Under the pieces are notes generated by a model, which was not told where the DNA came from, ran no database searches, and worked only from the letters and a program-made list of their open reading frames with translations. A DNA stretch of 64,000 nucleotides, from contig JANHCV010000001.1 of assembly GCA_025594325.1 (NCBI GenBank), positions 4,650,001 to 4,714,000 of the forward strand, given 5' to 3'. Source of the stretch: Blastocladiella emersonii ATCC 22665. Lineage: Eukaryota; Fungi; Blastocladiomycota. Of the stretch, positions 1-12,100 are shown piece by piece. A program made the position numbers and the translations under genes. Positions within the stretch are counted from its first letter, which is position 1. Each line of letters opens with the position of its first letter.

Positions 1-1161
1 CGAGAGGGTGCTCACGACGCGAAGCCGCGAAAGCAACCGCAGCGCGAGCAGCGCGTCGAGATGGGCCACGGTAAGCTTCGGCATATCGAGCGTCAGGTCG
101 CGCAGGCCGGGCATGCAGCGAGGCAGGCCGCGGCCAAAGACGGTAGCCGGTACGTTGAATGGCGGCGAGAGCTCGAGTGTGGAGAGGCGGCGGAAGGCAG
201 CGGGCGTGGGACCGTGAAGGGCGGGGAGCATCGAGGTGGACGGGAAGCTCGATCGGACGCGAAGCTGGCGCAGCGGCGCGACGTGGTTGAAGAGAACGTC
301 GAGAAACTGCGGCATCCAGTGCGGGCCCGGTGCGAGTTTGGCGGGCCCGAACGGCGAGCGAGCGGTCCACAGCATGTTGCGGTCGTAGAACTGGCCCGAG
401 ATGGTGATAGAGGTGATCTCGCGCAGGTTCGGGAACGCGCAGCCGCCGCTGCCACTCGACGTCGTCGAGGCGGCGTCTGTCCGCGATCTTGGAGAGCCAA
501 AGACGAGCTCGCACACGCGATCGAGAACAATCAAGTCATCGAACAGGATCCCCTGGGCGTCGGGTTGGCGTACGCCCGTGGACTCGTAGCTGCGCATGTT
601 GCGCTCGAGGGCCATGAGCTGGACGCCCGGCTGGGTGTGGGCGGTCGAGTGGATGAAGGTGAGGTGGCGCAGCGGCAGGTGCACGGGGAGCGGCTCGGCG
701 TCGAGGAGCGTCTCGAGGTGGGTGACGACGGCAGCGGGCGGCAGGGCCGAGAACGGGTTGGTGGCGGAGACGGGGCCCCAGCCGGTCGAGAAGGGCAGGG
801 CGGCGATCTTGCGGATAAACTCGACGAGCGAGTAGGCCTCGACGTTGCGCGTGGTGCCGACGTGGTCGCGCACGGCGGACGAGAGCACGCGGCAGGTGCA
901 GGCGAGCTCGTGCAGGTCCTTGGTCGAGGGGCAGCTGGTCGCGGCGACGTGGCGCACGACCATGGCGATCAGCTCGGCTGGGAGGCCCGCGAGGCGAGGC
1001 GCAGCGAGCGGTGGTGGATCGGCGGCGGCGGTAGCAGCAGGAATGGGAGAGTTGGGCGCGTCCTCGTCCATGTGCGACGAGGAGACGGGCGACTGGAGCG
1101 GCGTGGGGCCGGTCGAGTCATACTCGAGGCCGGCGTAGGCGTCGGCGTGCATTTGATCCAT
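1..1161 (-). CDS. F-box protein, possibly with degenerate LRR-like C-terminal region; runs off the window start
   Basis: Manual minus-strand translation from ATG 1161: MDQMHADAY...LAGLPAELIAMVVRHVAATSCPSTKDLHELACTCRVL, an F-box-like LP.E motif. It is not in the ORF track because the stop lies outside the window; the + ORF 61..1191 is its antisense shadow. Confidence 0.6.
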   Translation of the reverse strand, partial: MDQMHADAYAGLEYDSTGPTPLQSPVSSSHMDEDAPNSPIPAATAAADPPPLAAPRLAGLPAELIAMVVRHVAATSCPSTKDLHELACTCRVLSSAVRDHVGTTRNVEAYSLVEFIRKIAALPFSTGWGPVSATNPFSALPPAAVVTHLETLLDAEPLPVHLPLRHLTFIHSTAHTQPGVQLMALERNMRSYESTGVRQPDAQGILFDDLIVLDRVCELVFGSPRSRTDAASTTSSGSGGCAFPNLREITSITISGQFYDRNMLWTARSPFGPAKLAPGPHWMPQFLDVLFNHVAPLRQLRVRSSFPSTSMLPALHGPTPAAFRRLSTLELSPPFNVPATVFGRGLPRCMPGLRDLTLDMPKLTVAHLDALLALRLLSRLRVVSTLS

Positions 1162-2072
1162 GGTGTAGAGCCGTGCGGCGCTGATGCATAGAGTTTCGGG
1201 TTGCTTGCAGTGTCCGTGAGGGAAGGGAGAGCGTTCGTGAGGTGTGGGCGGGGGAGAGGGAGAGACCGGGCCGCGCAGCGGCAGCGCAAACGGCGCGTCG
1301 CCGCGATCGCCCTCGCCGCACGTGCGACCCGTGCGCGGCGCGACGCGTCGACGCGTCGGCTGTAACGCGTTCTGACGCGCGAGACAAGCCGCGGGCCCGC
1401 GAGACACTTGCGCGCGCGCTGACGAGCTCCTCGTCGGAAGCAAGAGATATGACCCTCGATCACTATCTCGATGACCGCATCCGTATCATCGGGGCGCGCG
1501 TGCCCTCATTTCGGGTCGGGATCTGTCGGACCGACGGTGGAGGCGAGCTCCTATCGTTGCCGCGGACATCACACTCGGATTAGACTTTCAGCAGTGGCGG
1601 TGGTGATGGCGGCGCAGCAGCAGCGTGTTGAAAACTTGAGCGTCAACGCGTGGTCCCTGTCGTCGACCGTCGACTCCATGAAATGATCCGCCACCGTATC
1701 GCACTCGGTGCACTTGCCGTGCACGGCGATTGACGAGGCGACCGTGTCGTGTGGTCCCTGGTCAGCTGGCGCCGCTCGCGCCGCGACGCCTCCCTTTCGT
1801 CCCTGCACTCGCGCGCGAGGGTGCTCGAGCGAGGCACCGACGCCGACGAGGATGTGCGCGTTCTTTGACAGCGCGACACGTATAAAGCCGCCATGGCGTC
1901 GGGCCTCTCCGGCGACGGTCAGCGACGACCGTGACTCGTGCCCCCGCTGCAGCCGCACTCGACCCGCTCCCCGCCGATCCGCCGCTGCAGCTCCGAACCG
2001 ACCGTCACGCGCCATCTCCGCCGACGTCACTGCCATTCGACTGCGTTATCAGCACTGTCGCCAAGCCACGAG

Positions 2073-3382
2073 ATGCCTGTCACGCCCGCCAAACCTTCGC
2101 GCTCGCGCGCTCGCCCGGCCTTTCTCTCCGGCGCCCTCAAAAGCCTCGCGTCCCTCACCGGCTCCTCGCTCTTCGGCTCCCGCATCGCCTCCTCGGACTC
2201 GACCAAGCCGACCTCGTCCACGGCCAAGCTCCGCGCCCTGTTCTCGCCGTCCTCCTCGTCAACTCGGCGCTCCATCAACCCCTCGCCCGCACCCTCGGCA
2301 TCCTCCTCGCCGGCGACCCTAGTCGAATCCGACTTTGACTTGCTCAACGACTCGGACCTCCTCTCCCCGATCGGCATCTCGCCCGCTTCCTCCTCTGCAC
2401 TACCCAACCCCTACACCGCCAACGCCATGTCGCACCAGGCCCGCATCAACGCCGTGCTTGGCGTCGTCGCCCACGCCCCGCGCGACGTCAAGGTCCCGAC
2501 GGACGCGACCGGCCGCGTCCTCACGCCGTCCGAGCTGTTCGGCACCAACGTCTTCGGCCTGCCGCAGCTGCAGAAGGCCCTCCCGAAGCCCGTCTACGCC
2601 CAGTTCATCAAGCAGGTCCGCGGCCGCCACACCCTCGACAAGCCCACGGCCGACGCGGTCGCGCACGCCGTGCGCGTGTGGGCCCAGGAGCGCGGCGTAC
2701 GTTGCCCATCCATGATCCTCGATATGATCGCGCCGACCACTCACTTTCGATTACGCCCTCGCGTAGGCCACCGCCTTCACGCACTGGTTCCAGCCGCAAA
2801 CGGGCTCGACGGCCGAAAAGCACGACTCGTTCCTGACCCTCAAGTACTCGGACTCGGGCGACTTTGCCTCCACCATCGACGCCTTCTCGGGCTCGCAGCT
2901 GCTGCAGTCCGAGCCCGACGCGTCCTCGTTCCCGTCGGGTGGCATGCGCACCACCTTCGAGGCCCGCGGGTACACGGTGTGGGACACGACGTCGCCCATG
3001 TTCCTGCGCGACGGGCCCATCAAGGGCACCACCACCCTCTACATCCCCTCGGTCTTCATCTCCTACAACGGACAGGCCCTCGACGAGAAGACGGTCCTGC
3101 TCCGCGCCAACGAGGCCCTCTCCAAGTCGGCCGTCAAGGTCCTGCGCCTGCTCGGCGAGAACGTGTCGCGCGTCTACACCACGCTCGGCATCGAGCAGGG
3201 GTACTTCCTCATCGACCGCAACCTGTACTCGCTGCGGCCCGACCTCAAGCTCACGGGCCGCACGCTGATCGGGTCGGTCCCGCCCAAGCACCAGCAGCTC
3301 GAGGACCACTACTTTGGCAAGATCCCGTCGCGCGTCCTCGCCACCATGTCCGAGGCCGAGCTCGAGCTGCTCAAGCTCGGCG

Positions 3383-3416
<34 letters not shown>

Positions 3417-4748
3417 GCAGCAGTTTGAGCTCGCGCCCATCTTCGAGGAGGCCACGGTCGCCGTCGACCACAACCTGCTCGTCATGGACGTGATGCACCA
3501 GGTCGCGCACCGCCACAAGCTCAAGATCCTGTTCCACGAGAAGCCGTTCAAGGGCATCAATGGGTCGGGCAAGCACTGCAACTGGTCCATGTCGACGGAC
3601 CAGGGCGACAACCTGCTCGACCCGACGGTTCGCCCCGAGACCAACTACCGGTTCCTCATCTTCCTCCTCGCCACGCTGCTCGGCGTCAAGCAGCACCAGG
3701 GCATCCTGCGCGCGTCCATCTCGTCCTCGTCCAACCTGCACCGCCTCGGCGCCCAGGAGGCCCCGCCCGGCATCATCTCGGCGTTCCTCGGCGAGCAGCT
3801 GACCGAGGTCCTCGACGCCATCGAGCAGAAGCGCGGCGTCAAGAACTTCTCGGTCCCGCACATGCAGACCATCAAGCTCGGCGGCACCGTCCTCGACCTC
3901 AAGGTGGCCGTGCTCCCCGAGATTGCCCGCGACCTCACGGACCGCAACCGCACCTCGCCCTTTGCCTTCACGGGCAACAAGTTCGAGTTCCGCGCCGTGG
4001 GCTCCAAGCAGTCGCCTCGTTCCCCGTCACGGTCCTCACCGCCGCCGTCGCCTCGGCCCTCGACCAGATTGCCAAGAAGCTCGAGGCCAAGATGGCCGGC
4101 AAGGCCATTGCCACCGAGGACGACAAGATTGCCGTTATCCGCGACCTGATTGCCGACACGCGCGCCATCCGCTTCGAGGGCGACAACTACTCGCAGGCCT
4201 GGTCGGACGAGGCCGAGAAGCGCGGCCTGCTCAACATCAAGTCGGTCCCCGAGGCCTACGCCCAGCTGCTCGAGCCCGTCAACGCCGACATGCTGACCAA
4301 GGCCACGGCCGTGTTCACGCACGAGGAGCTGCACTCGCGCTACCACGTGCTCGTCGAGCGGTTCACCAAGGACCTGCTGATCGAGGCCAACACCCTCAAG
4401 TTCATGGCCACCCAGACCATCCTCCCCGCCGTCTTCGAGTACCGCAAGTCGCTCGCCAACACGATCGCCGCGCTCAAGGGCATCGAGTGCGACGCGAGCG
4501 CCGAGGTCGCGGCCGTCGGCGCGCTCGCGTCGCACCTGAACGGGCTGCGCACGGCCGTCGACGAGCTCGACCAGGCAATCAACAAGGTCAACGCCGCGGG
4601 CGACGATCCGGTCGCACAGGCCAAGCTCGCCGACACGGCGCTGCTGCCCGCCATGGACGCGGTCCGCGTGCACGCCGACGCGCTCGAGCAGGTGGTTGCG
4701 GACAAGTTCTGGCCGCTGCCCAAGTACACGGAGCTGCTGTTCCAGTAG
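2073..4748 (+). CDS. glnA3: Glutamine synthetase type III; start ATG 2073 or 2427; intron 2697-2766; 1-nt frameshift at ~4015
   Basis: GSIII motifs [94 protein letters not shown]. The GTACGT...TAG intron restores the frame. Confidence 0.93.
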
Positions 4749-4868
4749 ACGTTGCGAAAGCGAGAGGCGAGTCTTTTTTTTTTTGATCCTGTACATTACC
4801 TATACATCTTTCGTCTCTTGTATCTTGCTTCGTTCATTTACACTTGCTGGAGCGTGCAGGCTGAGCTG
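4439..4868 (+). repeat. Left arm of ~430 bp inverted duplication (GSIII 3' CDS plus 3' flank)
   Basis: Reverse complement matches 5147-5575 with 4 substitutions and a T11/A10 length difference that I could see. Coordinate sums are 10014 and 10015. Confidence 0.95.
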
Positions 4869-5146
4869 AGAACCACGCGATTTTTCACGCGGCGTCTGGC
4901 GCGCAAGTGCTGGCCGCGGGACGCGCTCCAAGCCTTCATCACCTTTTTGATCAAGTTGGCCCCGGCCCGCCGCGTCGGTTGTCCTGGTCGCTTCTCGCTT
5001 GATTTAACGCCGGCCTAGTCGTCAGCATCAACAATCATGTCTAACGCCGCCCAGCTTATCCAGCATTGAATAAACGCGCCGTGGCCCGCTCAAGTTGGTG
5101 CGGTCGCGTCGCGTTCTCGCGCGTAGGTCCAATTGATCCGAGGTCA

Positions 5147-5575
5147 CAGCTCAGCCTGCACGCTCCAGCAAGTGTAAATGAACGAAGCAGGATACAAGAG
5201 ACGAAAGATGTATAGGTAATGTACAGGATCAAAAAAAAAAGACTCGCCTCTCGCTTTCGCAACGTCTACTGGAACAGCAGCTCCGTGTACTTGGGCAGCG
5301 GCCAGAACTTGTCCGCAACCACCTGCTCGAGCGCGTCGGCGTGCACGCGGACCGCGTCCATGGCGGGCAGCAGCGCCGTGTCGGCGAGCTTGGCCTGTGC
5401 GACCGGATCGTCGCCCGCGGCGTTGACCTTGTTGATTGCCTGGTCGAGCTCGTCGACGGCCGTGCGCAGCCCGTTCAGGTGCGACGCGAGCGCGCCGACG
5501 GCCGCGACCTCGGCGCTCGCGTCGCACTCGATGCCATTGAGCGCGACGATCGTGTCGGCGAGCGACTTGCGGTAC
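5147..5575 (-). pseudogene. Inverted partial copy of the GSIII 3' end (last ~100 codons plus terminator region), no start codon
   Basis: The minus strand reads [20 protein letters not shown]...KYTELLFQ*. An in-frame TAG lies just upstream. Three nonsynonymous changes versus the parent (N>D, A>V, K>N). Confidence 0.9.
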
Positions 5576-5915
5576 AGTACATTTTCCGGCTAACGTTCCG
5601 CGGCACGACCTGGTCGCGCGTCGAGTTGCGCCACCCACGTGTGTGGAGGCAGTCCCTGCAGCGATCTCCTCGTCGATCAGGGATTCGATCAAAACGCCAC
5701 ATTTCTTCGCGTCGAGTGACAAGTCGGCTGCTCGCTCGCGACTTCAGCTCACTCACACGGCCAATTCGGAGAAGACCAGTTTGTGACATAAGAACTGAAC
5801 GTGTTATATATGGTACTGATAGCAAATTTACAAGGCGGGCCCTACGGCCAGCCGGATCGGCACGGTTGTGGCGAAGCAGCACGCGCGGACCACGCGCTTG
5901 CGCTCAGCGCAACCA

Positions 5916-7601
5916 TTACGCCGACATCTTAAGCTCCTCCATGGCGTGACCCTTGCCGCTGAGGTGCTCCCAACCGGGAATCACGATCTCACGCTCGGGG
6001 TTGTTGACGCGCGAGTGCGTGCGGCCATACACGAAGTAGAAGGCGAAGGCGGCCAGGATCCAGATGGCGAGACGGAGCACGCCCATGGCGCCACCGACGG
6101 CAATGAGGGCGAGGCAGACGAGGGTGCCGAGGCCGGGAACAATGTAGGGGCCGAGAGGAACCTTGAAGGGGCGCTCGAGGTCGGGGCGCTGGACGCGTAG
6201 GACACCGGTCGACAGGCACACGAGGGCGAAGGCGAAGAGAGTACCGGACCTGAGGGGCGACAAGAAGAGAGATTAGCTTTGGGCTCTCGGTTTGTCGGAC
6301 GGACGAGTGTGAGAAGACACGTACGAAACCATGTGCGAGATGATGCCGATGGGAACGAAGGCCGCGATCGAGCCGCAAATGGCCCAGTTGAGCAGGATGG
6401 CCTTGTAGGGCGTCTTGTACGTGGGGTGCAGCTCACCAATCGAGGGCGGGAGAAGCCCGTCGACGGCAATGGTCATGAGGATGCGGGGCAGCGACATGAG
6501 ACTGACGAGGATGACCGAGACGAGACCAGCGAGCGCGCCCACGCTGATCGCGACCACGAGCCAGTTCATGCCGAGAGCCGAGACCGAGTCAGCGAGCGGG
6601 GAGCCCGACGTGAGGCCGCGGAAGTCGGTGATGCCGGTCAGGTTGAGCGAGACGAGAATGTAGAGGATGGTGCAGATGACGAGCGAGCCGAGGATACCGA
6701 TGGGCATGTCGCGGGCGGGGTTCTTGGTCTCCTGGGCCGTGGTCGAGACGGCATCGAAGCCAATGTAGGCGATGAAGACGAGGGTGGAAGCGTGGAAGAC
6801 ACCGCCGATGCCGTACTCGTGCTTGCCCGTCGGGTCGTCGGCGGCCGTGGGGATAAAGGGCGACCACCGGCTGGCATCGATGTACGAGAACGTAGCGAAA
6901 AGGAACGTCAAGATCACGATTAGCTTGGTTCCGGCCGCAAAGTGGTTGAAATTCGCGGAAGCGCGGGCGCCGAAGGTGAGGATGATCGAGATGACCGTGA
7001 CGACGAGGAAGGCCGGCAGGTTGATGTAGCCGTTGGTCGTGACGAAACCGGTCGCCTCCGAGTGATCCCAGGGCGTCATGGTCCAGGTCTCGGACAGCTT
7101 GACGTGGAAGGCCGTCTTGAGGAACTTCTGCAGGTACGAGGTGAAGCCCTGCGCGGCGAGGGCCGAACCGAGGAGGTACTCGAGAAGCAGGTTGCTCCCG
7201 CAGATGAAGGCGACGCTCTCGCCGAGCGCGGCGTAGACGTACGAGTACGCAGAGCCCGAGGCCGGGATGAGACTCGCCATCTCGCCGTAGCAGAGGCCGG
7301 CGAAGGCACACGCGACACCGGCGATGAGGAACGAGAGCACGATGGCCGGGCCGGCGAACTCGGCGGCCGCGTTACCCGTGATGACGAAGATACCAGTGCC
7401 TGTGGGATAGAGTCAAGGTCAGTGAGCGACTCGAATGGACGGTGGGTGGAGACCAGGTCGTGAGAACGTACCGATAATGTCGCCGACACCGATGAGAATC
7501 ACGTCGAGGGCGCCGAGCGTGCGCTTCATCTGCGTGCTGGCGGCCTCGGCCTGGTAGGCCTCGACCGACTTGGTCGCGAAGATGGTTTTCATCAAGCTCA
7601 T
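5916..7601 (-). CDS. APC-superfamily amino acid permease (cationic amino acid transporter/YfnA-like); introns 7471-7400 and 6324-6250
   Basis: MKRTLGALDVILIGVGDIIG|TGIFV, LCYGEMASLIPASGSAYSYVY, FIAYIGFDAVSTTAQETKNPARDMP, RPDLERPFKVP; multiple hydrophobic helices. Confidence 0.93.
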
Positions 7602-7978
7602 GATGGAGTGATGGGGGAGGTCGAGCGGGGGTCGATGCGAGGCAAGGGTCCGACTCGGAGAGCGAGGTGAAGAAGGGGCGCGAAGGGAGAGTGGTCGGGG
7701 CCCAGCCTCGGAGAGATACAGAGCAAGTCGAGGGAGAAGGGGGATAGGGTCTCTTTTGTATCGGTTCGCTGGCCCCCACGTCCGCTGCGAACGGCCATTT
7801 GAGGAGGCTTACCGACACGCGCCAGCCTGCGGGTGGCTCGAGGAGGTCACCGGGTCCAATCCGGCGCGTGAGCGGTTTTGCCCCATGACCTTCCGGGGCG
7901 CCGCCTGATTGGACGGTAGAAATTTCAGCCTTGCCATGTGCCCATGCGGTTTACCCACAAGCCTCCCTGCCTGGCGCC

Positions 7979-7986
7979 TGACTCAT
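7979..7986. promoter_or_regulatory. TGACTCAT Gcn4/CpcA(AP-1)-type site ~380 bp upstream of the amino acid permease
   Basis: Exact consensus in the intergenic DNA upstream of the permease ATG. Single site; function not shown. Confidence 0.3.
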
Positions 7987-9169
7987 GGCGCGGGACGCCT
8001 CGCCGCCGTCCCTCGAGTTCAGAAGCGGATTTTCCTTGCGGGCGATGGCCATGGTCACGGCTCCAACGTGGCCATCGTCCTTTCCACCATGGCCACGACG
8101 AGTCCGGGCTGGTGGCCACCTTCCGCTCCTCGGCCAGCTTCGAAACCTGGTCGTGGCCATCGGCGTGGAAACGTTGCTCCGTGTTGGATCAACGCGCCAC
8201 CTCGATTGACATGGGTGGTCCGATTGATTATTAGCGTCATATCACCGTGGCTTGCGACCCGCGTATATTTTTGGAAGGTCCCCAACCAAGTGATGGCGGC
8301 GCCAGGGCGGCGCGCATGACCGACTCCTGATCAGCTTTTCAATCACGCGCCGCGACGCGTCGCGTCGCCTCGTCGCCGATACCCGGCCGGAGGGTGTTAT
8401 CTCGAGGTTGCTGTATCGCTCGTTGTCGACCACCCGACTCGATGCTGCTCCCGGGAGCTGGTTTAGCTCGGCAGATGCTCGTGCTTGGCAACGCCACTCG
8501 CGCTGGCCACGATGGCCCTGTCGGTGGCAGGCCACCTTGCATGGTTCCGGACGCGTTTTTGCTCACGAGGTTGAACTGAATTATTCGCATGCGAGTGCAT
8601 CATCGATTCGGTTCGCCATTGCCAAGAGAACTATGACCAAGTAGAAGGCGATGGCCTCGCGGAGGAAGGCCACGCGTCGTCTTGGGCATCCTTCGAGCTC
8701 ACTTCACGATGGCCACGTCCGCACTGAAGACTTTGCGCCTCGATCAGGCCGACGATCACAGTCGATACATGACTTTTTTTTCGCTGCAGCGCATCACGTA
8801 TTTAGCAGCCATCTTGAATGAACTCCGCTGTTTACTCACTATGATTTAGACTCCTTCAAGAAATTGAGCGACTATGTTTCATCAAACAGACTGGTACAGA
8901 CTGATGATACTACCAAGGTAGAAAAGCTCAAACGTGCGGTGCGCTGGGAGCAGGGGTTTATTCTAAGAAGAGTGGGTGGCGCAAGACTTGGGAACCCGAT
9001 TCATTGGAGACGCGTCAAAGTATCATGTGAGCTCCGCGAGACGCGTCGCGATTTGTCTCGCGTCTCCCATCGCGAGAGAACGGCATGAGCCACCCTGCCA
9101 CCAACACTTTCCGGAATGAACCCGCTCGCACTCCTTGCAACCAAATCCATTCGCAAAGCATGATAGAAG

Positions 9170-12100
9170 ATGTCGAAACATGAATCAATAACCGTCGATC
9201 GAGCTGCGAGCCCGCCGGCGGGCGCCACGCCATGGTCCGGCGGTGGACACTATCACACACGGAGCAGCACAAGCCAGTCTGGGCAGCGGTCGCTCCTCGC
9301 GCGTCGCACTTCCCTCTTGAATCGCACAGCAAGCAACACGAGTAACGGGACCACCGCCACGGCGGATCGCGCCCAGGACGGACCGCCGCTACTCGGCGCG
9401 ATCCACTCCGGCACTCTGCATGGCAGCACGCGCGGGAGCTTCTCGGGGACTGGGCCGAGTACTCCTCCACCTCAGCCAGGCCCGTTCCCCAACCTGATTT
9501 GGCCCTCGACCGAGGACCAGTCTCGCGCGGTCCCCTCGCCGCGCGCGCTTTCAGAGCTTCGCGAGCAGTTCGTATCGGTACGTGACCACTCTCTGCTCTC
9601 GTTCGCCTCTGCTCGACTCGTACTGAATTAAGCAACTCGTTTCTCTAGAGCGACAACGATGGGTCTCCGCTTCTACCTGGCCCTGAATCTCTCGTACTCG
9701 TCGAGATCGATCCCATCGTAGGCGAGGAGCTCGTCCCCAAAGATACGCTTCAGCAATGGGACCCCTGCGCCCAGAACATCATCGCCTCGCTGACGGCTCC
9801 TCGTGTCGCCGTCGACTCCAAGGGTTCCGCCGTGGCGGACTACCGTCCATTGACGGACGCGAGCTCGGTGTCCTCTCAATCCACCGACCGCGACCTGCTG
9901 GGCCTCTGCCGCGACCACGAGTGGACGGAGCGACCGATCCCCGCGCACCGTCGTCCCGAAGCGCGCGTACGTGCCGTACCCGCGCCCGACGGCTGGATCC
10001 GCCTCAAGCTCCTCGAGTGCAACGTCATGGAGTCGCGCCAGCCAATTTTCCTGCAGCTCGCGCTTCACGACGAGACCAGCGGAGCCCAGCTCACGCAGGT
10101 CGTGCAGTTCGAGCTCAACACGCCGCACCACATGCAGCTTCTCGCGTCCTCGCGCGGCACGGCGCCGCACCTGCACGACACGCTCGCCTTCTTCCCGCTG
10201 TCGCTCGCGCAGCAGCCCGGCGTGATTCTCGTCGTGCGCGTCGACAAGGTGCTCGACAAGTCGTCGTCCTCGGACCGCGCGCAGTATGCAGCTGCGAGCG
10301 CGGCCAAGCTCGGCCTGTACCGCCAGTCGTGGGGCTACGCGATCGTGCCGTTCGGCCAGGTCACCTCGGGCCCGTCCGAGCTCCAGGTCCGCTCGATCAT
10401 GATGCGCAAGTCGCAGGTCCCGCTGCCGCAGCTGATCGCGGCCAGCTCGCCAACGAGCACGGGCGACGGTGCCTCGCCGGCGTCGCCAAAGGCGAGCCCG
10501 TGCGTGATCCGGTTCGAGTCGGCCATCGTCGACAACGAGCAGTCGCTCCCGCTCCTCTCGGTCCACGATCGCCTCGCTCGCCCGACCAGCACCGGCGCGA
10601 CCCCGGTGCAGGGCCTCGCGCATCACTTTGCGCCCGCCCTCGGCTCGGTGCAGCCGCTGTGCTCGTCCACCATCTCGCACTCGCTCTTCATCCGGCCGCA
10701 GCAGCTCGTGCAGAAGAAGGGCAAGGGTCGCAACATGACGTGCTGCGTCGAGGTGTGCAACCAGGCCATGGAACCAGTCGCGTCCATCGTCGGCCGCCCG
10801 CACGAGTCGGCCTGGAAGTCCAAGGCGTACACCAATGTCGCGTATCACGAGAAGGTAATTTCTTGAATCTCGCTTGCACAGTTCGTTGTCTCACGCCACC
10901 TCGGACTCTTGTCATTGTAGTCGCCGGTCATGGACGACGAGATCCAGTGCCGCCTGCTGCCGACTAGCGAGCCGCTCGTTCTGCGCTTCACCTTTTACCA
11001 CGTCAGCTGCAAGGACAAGCAGCCCGGCCAACTGGTGCGTCTCGGGTCGAGGTTACTCGAGGTGACTGGGCATGACTGACCGTCGCTCTCGTAGACGCTC
11101 GGCGGCTACGCGCACCTCCCGCTCCTGAACGCCGCCAACAAGTTCATCGACAACGGCGAGTACACGCTCCATGTCCACGTCGGCGATCCGCGCGAGTCAG
11201 GCCACCCTAGCCCCGACGGCGCGCACTCGTCGGGCAGCACCGAGTCGAGCAAGGACTCGTTCACGGTGGCCATCCACATCGAGAGCTCGCTCGTCGTGCA
11301 GGACCCTCACCTGGACGCGTTTGTCGCCGCGCCGCTCGAGCAGGCCGACCCGCTCGTCGTCCTCAACGCGCGCCTCGAGGAGCTCACCAAGTTCAACGTA
11401 CTCGTCCTCGATCGCGTGTTTGCGAAGCTCGGCCCGGTGGGCCCAGCTGGTTCGGCGCGAATCGTCGCGCACGACGCGGCCATGCGTGCTCTGCTTCACG
11501 TTTACCGCGTTCTCACGGACGATGCGGTTCGTCGCGGTGTCCCGGTCCCGTCTCTCGTCCACCGCTACGTGGCCACGATGCTCACGTCCGCGGACGCGCA
11601 CGCCGGCGTCACCAAGGCGTGGTGCACCATCCTCGAGACGTCCGCCCTCGCTCCGGCCTCGCCATCGACGGCGCAGTGGTCCGAGCTCGGACTCGGCGTC
11701 GCCGCTTCCGTGTTCGACTCGATCATCAAGAGCATGTCGATCGCGGCCAAGAGCTCGACGTGTGCCGAGCCCATCGACGTCGCAGCGATCCGTCGTCTCG
11801 TGTCGCTCATCTCGCCGCTCGGTGCGTTTCCTACTCAATCACTCCTCGCTCTTGCGCAAGCAAGAACTAACCGCGCTCCGTGTAGTTCACAAAAAGGCAT
11901 CCAGCGGCCTGAACATGGCCAAGGACTTGAACGTGTCGCTCGCGTACTTCATCCGCGACCTGGTCCCGCTGATCCCGATCGACGTGATCCTCGGCCTCGC
12001 CCGCCTGCACTCGAGCCCGATCGACGTAAAGAGCAACAGCACGCTGATTGCCCTCAAGTTCGACTTCCTGTCGATCCTGGCCGGCAGCGAGCACGCGATC

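Noticed and set aside
61-1191. 376-aa plus-strand ORF
   Set aside because: Antisense shadow of the F-box gene; R/G/V/E-rich composition is typical of the reverse strand of GC3-biased coding DNA.
8044-8160. CRISPR-like array
   Set aside because: Repeats are only 6-8 bp, spacing is irregular, there are no cas genes, and the context is eukaryotic.
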